64,000 bases of DNA from a virus, in the IMG/VR virus record IMGVR_UViG_3300046804_005798, positions 8,884 to 72,883 of that record; one strand, given 5' to 3'. Positions within the stretch are counted from its first letter, which is position 1. Each line of letters starts with the position of its first letter. Below are positions 28,026 to 38,167 of this stretch, one piece after another. The notes under the pieces are model-generated. The model saw only the letters and a list, made by a program, of their open reading frames with translations. It made no database searches and was not told the DNA's origin. The position numbers were made by a program, and so were the translations under genes.

Positions 28026-28694
28026 TCATTCATAAAGTCTGATATTATCACCTTTCTTAAGGGTCTCGCTAACATATTGCGAAGACCCTTTTTTATATGC
28101 CATAATTTCTTTCATATCATTTAATACAATATTCAGGTATGTTGGTTTCAGTATAAAAATGTTTCTTTTATCCTCTTCAAGTTTTTCTTCATATTCATAG
28201 TTTGTGACTGGAATTGCTATATTTGTTAGAGTTTCTGTTACATCAATATAGAAATCAAAATAAGAAATAGAATAATCTGATTGAACTTGTAGTCCTGCAG
28301 GAACAATTGTTACACCTTGACTATTTTTTATTTCTGGAGTTTCGTAGTGATGTATTCCATTATAAAGAGTGTTATAGTCGCCATATTTTTTGAGAAGGAA
28401 CTCATCAAAATCATTTGCATTTAAAGGCCATTCTGTTTGAACATTGATAACATTGTTACAAATAAGAACTAACCAATCTAATGAAGAGTCTTGATATACC
28501 TTAAATGCAACATTATCGGGTCTATCATCTCCTTCAATTTTATATTTTGTAAAAAATGATAAGTTTTGGAAAATATCTTCTCTTAATTTTCCTCTTTTAA
28601 ATAAATTCTTGACTCTAGCATAATCTCCTATCTGAGCATCTGGTATTCTGCTGACGTAATCTAAGTCTGGAACTTGGCGAAAATAACTTGGCAT
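28026..28694 (-). CDS. gp53: Baseplate wedge protein gp53
   Basis: YF...DDRPD.VA...Y..S.LDW; IHHYET; VTNYEYE...E.KR.I. Confidence 0.88.
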   Translation of the reverse strand: MPSYFRQVPDLDYVSRIPDAQIGDYARVKNLFKRGKLREDIFQNLSFFTKYKIEGDDRPDNVAFKVYQDSSLDWLVLICNNVINVQTEWPLNANDFDEFLLKKYGDYNTLYNGIHHYETPEIKNSQGVTIVPAGLQVQSDYSISYFDFYIDVTETLTNIAIPVTNYEYEEKLEEDKRNIFILKPTYLNIVLNDMKEIMAYKKGSSQYVSETLKKGDNIRLYE

Positions 28695-28695
28695 T

Positions 28696-30072
28696 TTAGA
28701 AACCTATGCTATTGATTTTGTCTGGGGATTCGTTACCATATTCATCATCATATAGTGGAACGAGTTCTTGGAATTGTAGAGATAATTCATATGATGTCAT
28801 AGATGGTTCTCCAGCAAAAGTCATATAATTTCCATCTGGAGTATAATTGACATTACATTGAGTTAAAGCACATTCTTTAAATTTATTTAAGTATGGGTGT
28901 TGTCTATTTTTTGATGTTATATATGATATTGCAAAGGTGTGTGGTGATTTCAAAAGATAAGATTTACTACTTCTCTTTACTGACATTGCTTGTTTAAAGA
29001 ACCTTATAATCTTTCTCACTTCTTTTGCTTCTGCTTCTTCTCTTGGAGATAATCTAAAGGTAAATGAAAATGTTCTTAGACTTGGACTATTAAACAATAA
29101 CTCAAGGTTTGGGTTTACTATTGCACCATATTGTCTTTGCATTATATTTGCAGTGCCAGTTGCAGCTTGAGTAAATTTTGAGGTAAAAATACTTTTTAAA
29201 TCCCCTGTACTACCCTTTGCTTTATCGAGTTGATCTCCAGTCGCGGTTTCTGCTGCTGCTCCACCACCTGAAATAGCAGATTGTGCTATGTCAGCAAAAG
29301 CTTTTGATAGATCATCTAATGAATCTCCCTGCCAATCAACTCCGTTGGAATCTGATATTCCTCCTGGAATTGGTAGTACTACAGTTCCTAAAATTTCTCT
29401 TTTTCCAAGTTCTGGTATACCACCACTACTGACCGACACTATTCTGTTTCCAGCTGCACTTTCTGCAGACTTAAGACCAGATGCAACATATTGCACTATA
29501 CTAAATTTTATACAATCTTGTTCTTCTACTTGTAGAGTTATTGGATATTTTGCATTTCCATAACTTCCTTTACCATACCTTGTTCCATCAGCATAAGTTG
29601 CAGCTTCTTGCGATAATTCTTCTCTTTGTGCATCTGTTGCTGCTTGTTCGGGATTTGTGTCTGGATTTGAAGGTTTTACGTTAGAATCGTTTCCTTTCGA
29701 AATTTGTTCTACTTGTTTTGGTGTTGCTCCTGCTTTTGTTGCAGTTTGACTTGCTGCAGATAAAGCTTGTTTGTTTAAAGCACCACCGGGTTGAAGGGAT
29801 TTTAATTCACTTTCTGTAAGTCCACTGCTTGTTGATAATGCCTTTGGTGGTTTAGAACCCGGTTCCGACCAAGTTTTTCCACCATCAAAACTCTCACCAT
29901 ATGCTACAAATGATTTTCCACTTCTTGTGGTGACTTCTTTTTGTAAAGTGATTGATGATGCTTTAATATTTCCATCACTTACATTAGAATCAAGTTTTAC
30001 ATTGTATGTTTGTCCATTTAACTTAAAAGGATTGCTAGTATCTCCCTTTGCTCCATCGGTATTATATGCCAT
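28696..30072 (-). CDS. gp48: Baseplate tail-tube cap gp48
   Basis: VLPIP.GISD...NPNLELLF.SP.LR.F.F.F...YTPDG...L.FQEL; GAGGAGG SD before ATG 30072. Confidence 0.85.
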   Translation of the reverse strand: MAYNTDGAKGDTSNPFKLNGQTYNVKLDSNVSDGNIKASSITLQKEVTTRSGKSFVAYGESFDGGKTWSEPGSKPPKALSTSSGLTESELKSLQPGGALNKQALSAASQTATKAGATPKQVEQISKGNDSNVKPSNPDTNPEQAATDAQREELSQEAATYADGTRYGKGSYGNAKYPITLQVEEQDCIKFSIVQYVASGLKSAESAAGNRIVSVSSGGIPELGKREILGTVVLPIPGGISDSNGVDWQGDSLDDLSKAFADIAQSAISGGGAAAETATGDQLDKAKGSTGDLKSIFTSKFTQAATGTANIMQRQYGAIVNPNLELLFNSPSLRTFSFTFRLSPREEAEAKEVRKIIRFFKQAMSVKRSSKSYLLKSPHTFAISYITSKNRQHPYLNKFKECALTQCNVNYTPDGNYMTFAGEPSMTSYELSLQFQELVPLYDDEYGNESPDKINSIGF

Positions 30073-30145
30073 CAAACAACCTCCTCACTGAAGGAACCTA
30101 TGAAGATGTGTTGTCCTAAGCAGATAGACATTTGGACCAAGTTTT

Positions 30146-30532
30146 TTATTTATTTAGACGGAATTTTGCATATGGGATGGAAAGCATCTCATCTAGTTCT
30201 TCATATTTTACAACGTGAAGTTTACCCATAATCTCTTCCCATGTATACTGTCTCCCCTCTCTCCAGTGAAAATTAATTGCTTTAAATCCCCATCTTTCTA
30301 ATGAAGTACATGCAATCAGTGGATGTTGGTCATATTCAATATCGGGTGTTTTGGGGGTATAAACAAACGTATAAAATTTTCCTGGTTCTGGATATAAAAC
30401 TTCTTGCTTCAATACATCCATTATAATCATCATTAAATCTTCTGGATCATTTGTATTTGACTCGCCAATTCTTTTTTTGAGTTCTTTCATTCTAGGTGGA
30501 ATGTTTGTATATTTTCCAAAACCATCTGCCAT
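30146..30532 (-). CDS. gp2: gp2-like DNA end protector (short form)
   Basis: PGKFYTFVY.PKT....YDQHPL...INFHW; synteny with gp4. Confidence 0.65.
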   Translation of the reverse strand: MADGFGKYTNIPPRMKELKKRIGESNTNDPEDLMMIIMDVLKQEVLYPEPGKFYTFVYTPKTPDIEYDQHPLIACTSLERWGFKAINFHWREGRQYTWEEIMGKLHVVKYEELDEMLSIPYAKFRLNK

Positions 30533-30975
30533 TACTTGATACCTAATTCTTGTTCTGTTATTATACGAAATTCGATCATATTATCTTTACAGAATTCTTG
30601 TGCAGCACTCCACTTTGCTTGATTAGTTGCATAGGTATAAACTTCATGAAGATAAGACTTAGTTGTTCTTGATCTTGGTTGGGGTGCAACTGTCTCTTTT
30701 TTTGGTTTAATCTCAATAATATACTTTTTAATTTCTCCAGATTGTTCTTTAACTTTAATAATAAAATCTGGAAAATAGTTTCTTATTTTTTGTTTAACCG
30801 GGTCATAGTATTTGATGCGAATTTCTTCACTACCCCATGAAATAATATTTTCATTCAGGTCACACCAGTAGCAAAATTTTCTTTCCCAACTACTTCTACA
30901 TATAATCTTATTTGGATCACCAATGTACTTTTGAGGATAAGATGGTTTGTAGATGCTTTTTATGCTTTCTGCCAT
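30532..30975 (-). CDS. gp4: Head completion nuclease gp4
   Basis: KYIGDP..I.CRSSWE..F...CD...W.SEE...YFPDF...EIKP...NQAKW. Confidence 0.92.
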   Translation of the reverse strand: MAESIKSIYKPSYPQKYIGDPNKIICRSSWERKFCYWCDLNENIISWGSEEIRIKYYDPVKQKIRNYFPDFIIKVKEQSGEIKKYIIEIKPKKETVAPQPRSRTTKSYLHEVYTYATNQAKWSAAQEFCKDNMIEFRIITEQELGIK

Positions 30976-31018
30976 TATCCTTACTACATAATATATAAAG
31001 GTCAAAAAGTATTTATAA

Positions 31019-31867
31019 ATGCCTACTCCAAAAACTTTATCTGATATAAAGGCAAATTTACTTCTTAAACCAGCACTTACTTCACATTTTGAAGTTGAGG
31101 TAGGTTATCCTACAAAGAGAGGAGATTTTTTGAAATACTTAAAAGATAATGGCGTTGCATATACTTCAGCAACCTCTGGGGCATTAACTTTACTATGTTC
31201 TGAGGCAACATTGCCTGGTTCTTCTTTAGCAACTCATGAAATTAATAATGATTTTCATGGAGTTACCGAAAGACATGTTTATAGAAGAATTTATGATGAT
31301 AGAATTGATTTGACTTTTTATGTTGATGCACAAAATTATATGCCAATTAGATTTTTTGAAACTTGGATAAAATATACTGTAAATGAGAGTATTGCTGAGA
31401 AAAGAGAATCTGGTGGAAATATATTGGGTCCCGTGGGAAGTTTAAATTCCCAATATTTCTATAGGGTTAGGTATCCAAATGATTATAAGGGATCTTTGAA
31501 AATAGTTAAGTTTGAAAGAGATTATGCTTCCAATTTGACATATGAATTTAAAGATGCATTTCCGATTTCAATTTCTTCTATGCCAATATCTTATGATTCA
31601 TCATCTTTATTAAAATGTACCGTATCTATGACTTATATAAGATATGTTTTGTATCCATCTTCTAAAAATAATGATAAGGTGCCAGATCAGACACCAGAAT
31701 CTTCTAATAGTGGAGTCGTTTTGAATAATGAATATAACTGGGCACAAAATTATAATCAATCATTTGGGGGGGGATTTAATGCTGGTGGAGTTCCTGACCT
31801 TCCTGCACTAAGTTCTGGCAATACTGTTTCTGGATTTACTGTTGGTGCAAATTCCAACATTGCTTAA
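31019..31867 (+). CDS. Tail tube-like baseplate protein (gp54/gp19 family)
   Basis: LLCSEATLPG...LTFYVD...FFETW...Y.F.DAFP.SI motifs. Confidence 0.75.
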   Translation: MPTPKTLSDIKANLLLKPALTSHFEVEVGYPTKRGDFLKYLKDNGVAYTSATSGALTLLCSEATLPGSSLATHEINNDFHGVTERHVYRRIYDDRIDLTFYVDAQNYMPIRFFETWIKYTVNESIAEKRESGGNILGPVGSLNSQYFYRVRYPNDYKGSLKIVKFERDYASNLTYEFKDAFPISISSMPISYDSSSLLKCTVSMTYIRYVLYPSSKNNDKVPDQTPESSNSGVVLNNEYNWAQNYNQSFGGGFNAGGVPDLPALSSGNTVSGFTVGANSNIA

Positions 31868-31908
31868 GTACAATAAATAAATTTACACTGAATTACCTAT
31901 AGGATATT

Positions 31909-32628
31909 ATGCCTTTACCTAAGATTGCTACACCAACTTATGAACTTGAATTGCCTTCAACTGGAGAGACGATTCGATATAGACCTTTTCTCGTCAAGGA
32001 AGAAAAAGTATTAGTGATTGCTTTGGAGAGTGAAGACACTAAGCAAATTACTAGTGCTATTAAGAATGTTATTAAAAATTGTGTTATAACAAAAAATATA
32101 AAAGTAGAATCCTTACCTACTTTTGATATTGAATATCTTTTCCTTAACATCAGAGGAAAATCTGTCGGAGAAGATATTGAGGTTAATGTGATTTGTCCAG
32201 ATGATCAGGAGACGACAACTACAATTAAGTTGAATCTTGATGACATCAAAGTTGAGAAAAATGAGAAGCACACTAATAAAATAAAGGTTGATAAGAGTAT
32301 TGTGATGGAAATGAAATATCCATCACTTGATCAATTCATTAAAAATAATTTTGATTTTACTGATACAAATGCTATGGAACAATCTTTTGATTTGATTGCT
32401 TCTTGCATTGATAAAATTTATACTGAAGATGAAGTTTGGGCAGCGGCCGATGTAACCAAGAAAGAACTTGGCGATTTTTTGGAACAAATGAATTCATCAC
32501 AATTTAAAGAAATTGAAAAATTCTTTGAAACAATGCCAAGACTATCACATAAGGTTACCGTTGTAAATCCAAAAACTAAAGTTGAAAGTGAAGTTGTTTT
32601 AGAAGGGTTAGCAAGTTTTTTCGCATAG
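31909..32628 (+). CDS. gp26: Baseplate hub assembly chaperone gp26
   Basis: MPLPKIATPTYEL.LPS...YRPFLVKEEK...FDIEYLFL.IRGKSVGE...LEGLASFF. Confidence 0.9.
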   Translation: MPLPKIATPTYELELPSTGETIRYRPFLVKEEKVLVIALESEDTKQITSAIKNVIKNCVITKNIKVESLPTFDIEYLFLNIRGKSVGEDIEVNVICPDDQETTTTIKLNLDDIKVEKNEKHTNKIKVDKSIVMEMKYPSLDQFIKNNFDFTDTNAMEQSFDLIASCIDKIYTEDEVWAAADVTKKELGDFLEQMNSSQFKEIEKFFETMPRLSHKVTVVNPKTKVESEVVLEGLASFFA

Positions 32629-32639
32629 CCCTAGTTCAT

Positions 32640-32819
32640 ATGGATCTGGAAAGTTATTTCCGTCTTAATTTTGCCTTGATGCAATACCATAAATATTCTT
32701 TGACAGAAATTGAAAATATGATGCCTTGGGAACGAGACATCTATGTTGTTTTATTACAACAGCATTTGGAAGAAGAAAAATTAAAACAACAGCAATCGAA
32801 TGGCACTCAATTCTTCTAA
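32640..32819 (+). CDS. gp51: Baseplate hub assembly catalyst gp51 (59 aa)
   Basis: NFALMQYHKYSLTEIENMMPWERDIYV motif; below the ORF-track cutoff. Confidence 0.88.
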   Translation: MDLESYFRLNFALMQYHKYSLTEIENMMPWERDIYVVLLQQHLEEEKLKQQQSNGTQFF

Positions 32820-35232
32820 AAATTTGCCAGCATTAATGCCATCAAAGGCAAAGAATGGGAGTGCCCTTGTTAATGAAAAAATAGATGAAAGGATATTAAG
32901 ATTACTTGGATTAGAAGATATATTTGATATTGATTATGATACTTATTCTTCTCTTTTAAGAGAAAGAATGGCTGCTGCAAGAATGACAAAGCAGACTATT
33001 GCAACAGAAGAAGTTGAAATGATAACTGATGAGTGGAAACGAATAAAGGGTAAAAAAGGTAGATTTAAAGTAAAGAAAATAACTGCAGCAAGTTTTAAAA
33101 AAGGAACCGCATTTGGTATTAATCTTAAAAATAAAAAACTTGTTGCGAGAATAAAACCACTTGCACTCCCTCCAGCAGCGGATGAAATAAAGGGTCAAGA
33201 TGATACTAAAGAAATTATAGGTCTTCTTGGAGAAATAATAAAAAATTTAACACTACAAAATAAAGTTCAAAAAAGTTCTAATGAAAGATCTAGAAAAGAA
33301 GCAGAAGATGCCAAGAGAGGTCTTGCTGAATCTAGATTAGAAAAAGGATTTTCTGCTGCAATAAAAGTCGCTGAAAAAATTATTGCACCGGTAAAATCTT
33401 TATTGAATAGAATTATTGATTTTATAACTCAAATTTTTATAGGTAGATCTATTGTTTTACTTTTGGAGTGGTTTGGTAATAAGGATAATAGGGATAAGGT
33501 TCAGTCCATTATTAGATTTTTTGGTGATCATTGGCCAAAACTTTTAGCACTTTACATTAGGTTTGGGACACAATTTGGAAGGTTTGTTGGTGGACTTTCT
33601 AAACTTGTAATTTCTGGGACATTAAGACTTGTACAACTTGCTGCTAAACTTGTTGGTGCTAAAGGTGCTGCTAGATTCTTAGGTGGATGGGGTGGTAAGT
33701 TACTGGGTGCTGGTTTAACAGTTGCAACAACTGTTGGAACCACTATGGCTTTAAGTAGTGGTATTGAAAATTTTGCAGGACTCGAAAATTTGGGAAAAGA
33801 ACCCCCACCAAAAACTCCTGGTTATTTTGGTGGGGGTTTAGCACAATTTAAAAATCTATTAGGATTTTTTGGTGGTGGACCTGGATTTGTAAGTGGACAA
33901 AAAGGAATTGATAAGGTTCCTGCTATGCTTACTGATGGTGAATTTGTTATGTCTCGTGGTGCTGTTCAAAAATATGGTGTGGGAACACTTGAGTCAATGA
34001 ATGCTGCTGGTGGTGGCACAAATAGACCTAGGATGATAAATGGAGCAACATACGCTTATGGTGGTGGATTAGTAGGTACAGATAGATCTAGCGATTCTTC
34101 TTATAGAAAAAATGAACAAGAATTGAAGAAGCAGAAAAAGGAAGAGAATATTAGTGGTCGTGCAGGGTCTCCTGGTGCTGCTTTATCGGTTCAACAAAGA
34201 GTTCAAAGAATAGAAAAGCAACTTGCAGCACAAAAAGCACTTAGTTCTGGTGGTTTGTCTTTAAAAGGAACGCAGGGATTTGATATTGGTAAAGGTTATG
34301 CAGCATCTTATAAAGGTAGGGATTCTATTGTAGTTAAAGACGCTGTTAAGCAAGGAACGAGATATGGTGATATTATGGTTGAACCAGAAATCACAATTGC
34401 AGGCAAACGTTATTTTGCCCAGCAGAAAGGAAATGATATAATTTATTCTTCTAATTTTGCTAGAGGTTTATCCGGACAGGTAGACAAATATGGTGCTAGA
34501 AATAAATCATATCAAGGAAAAGGTGCTGGAATTCTTGGTGGATTTGGATTAAAGAGGGATAATAAGAGTTTGCCAAAAACTAAAATAATGATGGGTCCAG
34601 ATGGACCATTTGTTGGATATCTTAGATTCCGTGGTGGTCAACCAGAATATGCAAGACCAACAGAAAGAAAGAGTGGATTTTTGGAACAACTTACAAATCT
34701 CTTTGATCCTAAGGGGGCAAGGTCTAGGCAGGAAACTTTGAATGCCCGATCAATGAGACTTTCTGCAATTACTGATTTGGAACAATATAGAAAGGAGGGG
34801 ATGACCGAAGATAACATTAAAAAAATGTTAGGTCCAAATTTATATAAGAATGCCATAAATGATTCAAAAGCAAAACAGTCTGCGTTTTCCAAGAAAAATA
34901 CTATAATACAAGATTCACATAGAGCTCAGGAAAGAAACTATTATAAGAATCGTGGTATTGGGGGAATGGGCGGACTTGGATCTAGTTATCGGGGACAAGA
35001 ACTTCAATTATCAGCAAAAGCAAATGCTGCTAGGATATCGCCAACCAAACCAAAAACAAGACAATTGACACCTCCATCAAGACAACCTGTTGTTGTTAGA
35101 ACAAAACCAGTTGGAAGTGGAAATGGTGGAGTGACAAAATCATCTGGAGGAAGACCAAGAACTCCAAACTTTGGTGCAAGTTGTCCATCTAGCAATGCGC
35201 CAAGAAGCAAGAAAATTTTAGGAATTTTTTAA
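32800..35232 (+). CDS. Tape-measure-like/ejected virion protein
   Basis: Helical, hydrophobic middle; DKVPAMLTDGEFVM motif common at tape-measure ends; position after gp26/gp51. Confidence 0.65.
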   Translation: MALNSSKNLPALMPSKAKNGSALVNEKIDERILRLLGLEDIFDIDYDTYSSLLRERMAAARMTKQTIATEEVEMITDEWKRIKGKKGRFKVKKITAASFKKGTAFGINLKNKKLVARIKPLALPPAADEIKGQDDTKEIIGLLGEIIKNLTLQNKVQKSSNERSRKEAEDAKRGLAESRLEKGFSAAIKVAEKIIAPVKSLLNRIIDFITQIFIGRSIVLLLEWFGNKDNRDKVQSIIRFFGDHWPKLLALYIRFGTQFGRFVGGLSKLVISGTLRLVQLAAKLVGAKGAARFLGGWGGKLLGAGLTVATTVGTTMALSSGIENFAGLENLGKEPPPKTPGYFGGGLAQFKNLLGFFGGGPGFVSGQKGIDKVPAMLTDGEFVMSRGAVQKYGVGTLESMNAAGGGTNRPRMINGATYAYGGGLVGTDRSSDSSYRKNEQELKKQKKEENISGRAGSPGAALSVQQRVQRIEKQLAAQKALSSGGLSLKGTQGFDIGKGYAASYKGRDSIVVKDAVKQGTRYGDIMVEPEITIAGKRYFAQQKGNDIIYSSNFARGLSGQVDKYGARNKSYQGKGAGILGGFGLKRDNKSLPKTKIMMGPDGPFVGYLRFRGGQPEYARPTERKSGFLEQLTNLFDPKGARSRQETLNARSMRLSAITDLEQYRKEGMTEDNIKKMLGPNLYKNAINDSKAKQSAFSKKNTIIQDSHRAQERNYYKNRGIGGMGGLGSSYRGQELQLSAKANAARISPTKPKTRQLTPPSRQPVVVRTKPVGSGNGGVTKSSGGRPRTPNFGASCPSSNAPRSKKILGIF

Positions 35233-35235
35233 TAA

Positions 35236-38142
35236 ATGAAACCTAAATCACTACCTCCATTAAAAATAAATTCAACAAAACTTTTACCAGGTTCTAGCAT
35301 TTCTGCTATCACTAAAAGAATTAGTGTTAAATCTTTATCGAGTGGAGATAAATCTTTTTCTAAAAGTAATCTTGGAATCATAAAAAAACAGGTTATTAAA
35401 ATTGGCGATTTAGTAAAGACTAATACATTATTAAAGCAAGCAGAAGAGACTAAAAAAAGGAAACTGTTAGAACAAAAAAAGTTTTCTGAGAGAGAAGAAA
35501 AATTAGAGGCAAAACCAGAGAAAAAAGAGAACAATAAAGTTAAACTTCCTGGAGTTCCGAAATTAAGTTTTCTTGATAGAATTAAAAAGTTTTTATTCAA
35601 TATTTTACTTGGGTTTATAGTTGTTAGATTGCTACCACAACTTCCTAAGTTAATGGGAGTTGTAAAGTTAGCAGGGCAAGCACTTGATTTTGTCACTAAT
35701 TGGGGAGGAAAATTATTAAATGGTCTTGTGACCTTCATTGATTGGGGATATAAAGCATATGATAATACAAGAAATTTTTTGAAGAATATTGGAGGAGAAA
35801 ATACTCTTAAAGTTTTTGATGGATTTATTGGTGCAATGGATAAGGTAATTGAAGCATCTATTATTGCTGCAATTGCTTTTGGAGAACTTCGTGATACCGG
35901 TGGTGGAGGTCCTGGTGGAGGAAGACCTGGAAGAGGTGGAAGACCTGGAAGAGGTGGAAGACCTGGAGTAACTCAGGGGCGAGGAGGACAAGGACAAAGA
36001 CCTAGAGTTCCTGGGACTGGACCAAGAGTTACTACTGGTCAGGGAGGTAGGTTTAGACTTCCTACCAGAGGAGCAGTCGTTAAAGGTGGATTACTTGGAT
36101 TAGTAACTCTTATTCCCGATATTCTTAACTCTTGGGACTTGTGGCAAAATCAAGGAAGAGGAAAGGATGCATTAAGAACATTTTTTAGTGCTGTTACTGG
36201 TGCTATTGCCGGGTTAGGTGCCGTTGCTGCTGTAGAGGCTGGAGCAGCTGCTTTGGGTATAACCGGTGTTGGTATTCCCGCCGCTATCGCTCTTGCCGTT
36301 ACTGGATTTGCTGCTTCTTCTTTAGCTGGAACAGGTGCATATAATTTAGCTGATGCATTTCTTAGAAAAATAGGATTGGTTGATAATGATCCTGAAACCG
36401 GAAAACCTTATGCATATAGAAGTGGTGGTCCAGTTACAAGAGGTGGAAAATTAACAGGTCCTGCAAAAAGAGAAGTTAAAAAAACTAAAGTAAAGCGAGA
36501 AGTAAGTATTACGCCACCAAAATTAAAACCGGGTGCTGATGTTGGTGGTGGTAAGGAAATAGAAAAAATGTTTCCAAAGTCAACTAAAAGTGATACGATG
36601 AATCCTTTGGGATATTCTGAAAATTTTTATGAAAAGACTAGTGATATTCCTTTCTTTGGTCCAATTTTTGGATTAGTTACTAAAACTTTATTGGGAGATA
36701 AACCAAACTCTCTTGATTATGAAAATATTGGAAAGGGTTTAAATTCTTGGATGAGTAATACATTCAGTAGTGAAGTGTTGAGAACTGGTGGAGCATTTGC
36801 AGGTGGTGGTGAAGTTAATACTGAAATGTTTATGAGAGGTGAAGACTTAACAAAAGTGATTGCAAAGTCAGTAGAGGAGACAGTTTCATCAAGAGTTGAT
36901 AACGTTTTAAATGATTTGATGAAACAGTTGGGATTAAAGGAAATAGATCGTGGAAAAGAACCTGGAGAAACAGCACCTGGTGCAGAGGATGAGCCTTCAG
37001 GTTCTCCTACTCTTACTGGCAACACAAATGCAGAAAAAGTTTTTAGATACTTGGTAGATAACGAAGGATTCACTCCAGAGGCATCTGCTGGTGTTATTGG
37101 AAATTTAATGCAAGAATCTGGAGTCAATCCAAAGTCTAGGCAACTTGGTGGTGGTCCTGGTAGGGGTATTATGCAGTGGACAGAATCTGAAAGATGGGCA
37201 TCTCTAACTGCATGGGCAAATAATTCGGGTAAGGATCCATGGGCATTAGAAACTCAAGTTGAGTGGATGATTAAAGAAATGAAGTCTTATGGAACTTATA
37301 ATAGAATTAAAGGAGTAAGTTCATATAAAAAAGCAGTTGAAATATTTGAGAAAGAAATGGAGAGAGCAGGAACTCCAAATTATCCACGTAGATATCAATT
37401 TGCCGCAGATGCTCTTGCAAGTTTTAGTAGTGGTGCTGGATCTGGTGGTGCTGGCGGAAGTTTCACACAACTCTCAAACAATCCCGATGCAAAGAGAGGA
37501 TCAAAACTTGCAGGAGAACTTGGAAGATTTTTGGATGCAAAAGGTTTGGGGAGATGGGGATCTGGTGTAAATCAACATCCAGAACATCGCCCTTGGAGTC
37601 CAGAGAGTGGACATAGTGCTAATTCACTTCATTATGCATCTCAGGGAGCAAGGGCAATTGATATTGGTGGATATGGAAGAAGTCGTGGATATTCTGACCA
37701 AGATCAAATTCTTGCAGGAATTGCGGAATTCAATAAGTTAAAGGGTGTCAAACCAGTTCAATTATTAAAAGATGGATATCCAGGTCATGATAATCATGTT
37801 CACGTTGCTTATGGTAGAGGTGGTCTTGTCAGAGGATTTACTAAGGCAATCCTTGGAGAAAGGGGTGTTGAGTTTGTTCTTGATACTGATACCACATCAG
37901 CATTAGAACAAAACTTTCCTGGATTTTTGGATGCATTAAACAAAGCAAATTATAATGGAGCTATTAATGTTTTGAGAAATTATGCTTATTATGAATCTGG
38001 TTCTATGATAGAAGTTATTGTGGAGCAACCAGAACCAGAAATTGTTATGGTTCCTGTTCCAACCCCACAACAATCAGTTATTTCATCATCTACACCACTA
38101 TCTTCAAATTCTTGGCGAGATCATGCATATATGCAGGGTTAA
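35236..38142 (+). CDS. Tape-measure-like protein with tail lysozyme and Zn-peptidase-like domains
   Basis: AGVIGNLMQESG...GRGIMQWT (phage tail lysozyme); H...SLHY...AIDI...HDNHVHV (M15/LAS-like). Confidence 0.75.
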   Translation: MKPKSLPPLKINSTKLLPGSSISAITKRISVKSLSSGDKSFSKSNLGIIKKQVIKIGDLVKTNTLLKQAEETKKRKLLEQKKFSEREEKLEAKPEKKENNKVKLPGVPKLSFLDRIKKFLFNILLGFIVVRLLPQLPKLMGVVKLAGQALDFVTNWGGKLLNGLVTFIDWGYKAYDNTRNFLKNIGGENTLKVFDGFIGAMDKVIEASIIAAIAFGELRDTGGGGPGGGRPGRGGRPGRGGRPGVTQGRGGQGQRPRVPGTGPRVTTGQGGRFRLPTRGAVVKGGLLGLVTLIPDILNSWDLWQNQGRGKDALRTFFSAVTGAIAGLGAVAAVEAGAAALGITGVGIPAAIALAVTGFAASSLAGTGAYNLADAFLRKIGLVDNDPETGKPYAYRSGGPVTRGGKLTGPAKREVKKTKVKREVSITPPKLKPGADVGGGKEIEKMFPKSTKSDTMNPLGYSENFYEKTSDIPFFGPIFGLVTKTLLGDKPNSLDYENIGKGLNSWMSNTFSSEVLRTGGAFAGGGEVNTEMFMRGEDLTKVIAKSVEETVSSRVDNVLNDLMKQLGLKEIDRGKEPGETAPGAEDEPSGSPTLTGNTNAEKVFRYLVDNEGFTPEASAGVIGNLMQESGVNPKSRQLGGGPGRGIMQWTESERWASLTAWANNSGKDPWALETQVEWMIKEMKSYGTYNRIKGVSSYKKAVEIFEKEMERAGTPNYPRRYQFAADALASFSSGAGSGGAGGSFTQLSNNPDAKRGSKLAGELGRFLDAKGLGRWGSGVNQHPEHRPWSPESGHSANSLHYASQGARAIDIGGYGRSRGYSDQDQILAGIAEFNKLKGVKPVQLLKDGYPGHDNHVHVAYGRGGLVRGFTKAILGERGVEFVLDTDTTSALEQNFPGFLDALNKANYNGAINVLRNYAYYESGSMIEVIVEQPEPEIVMVPVPTPQQSVISSSTPLSSNSWRDHAYMQG

Positions 38143-38167
38143 ATAGTATAAAAAAGTATTCATATAA

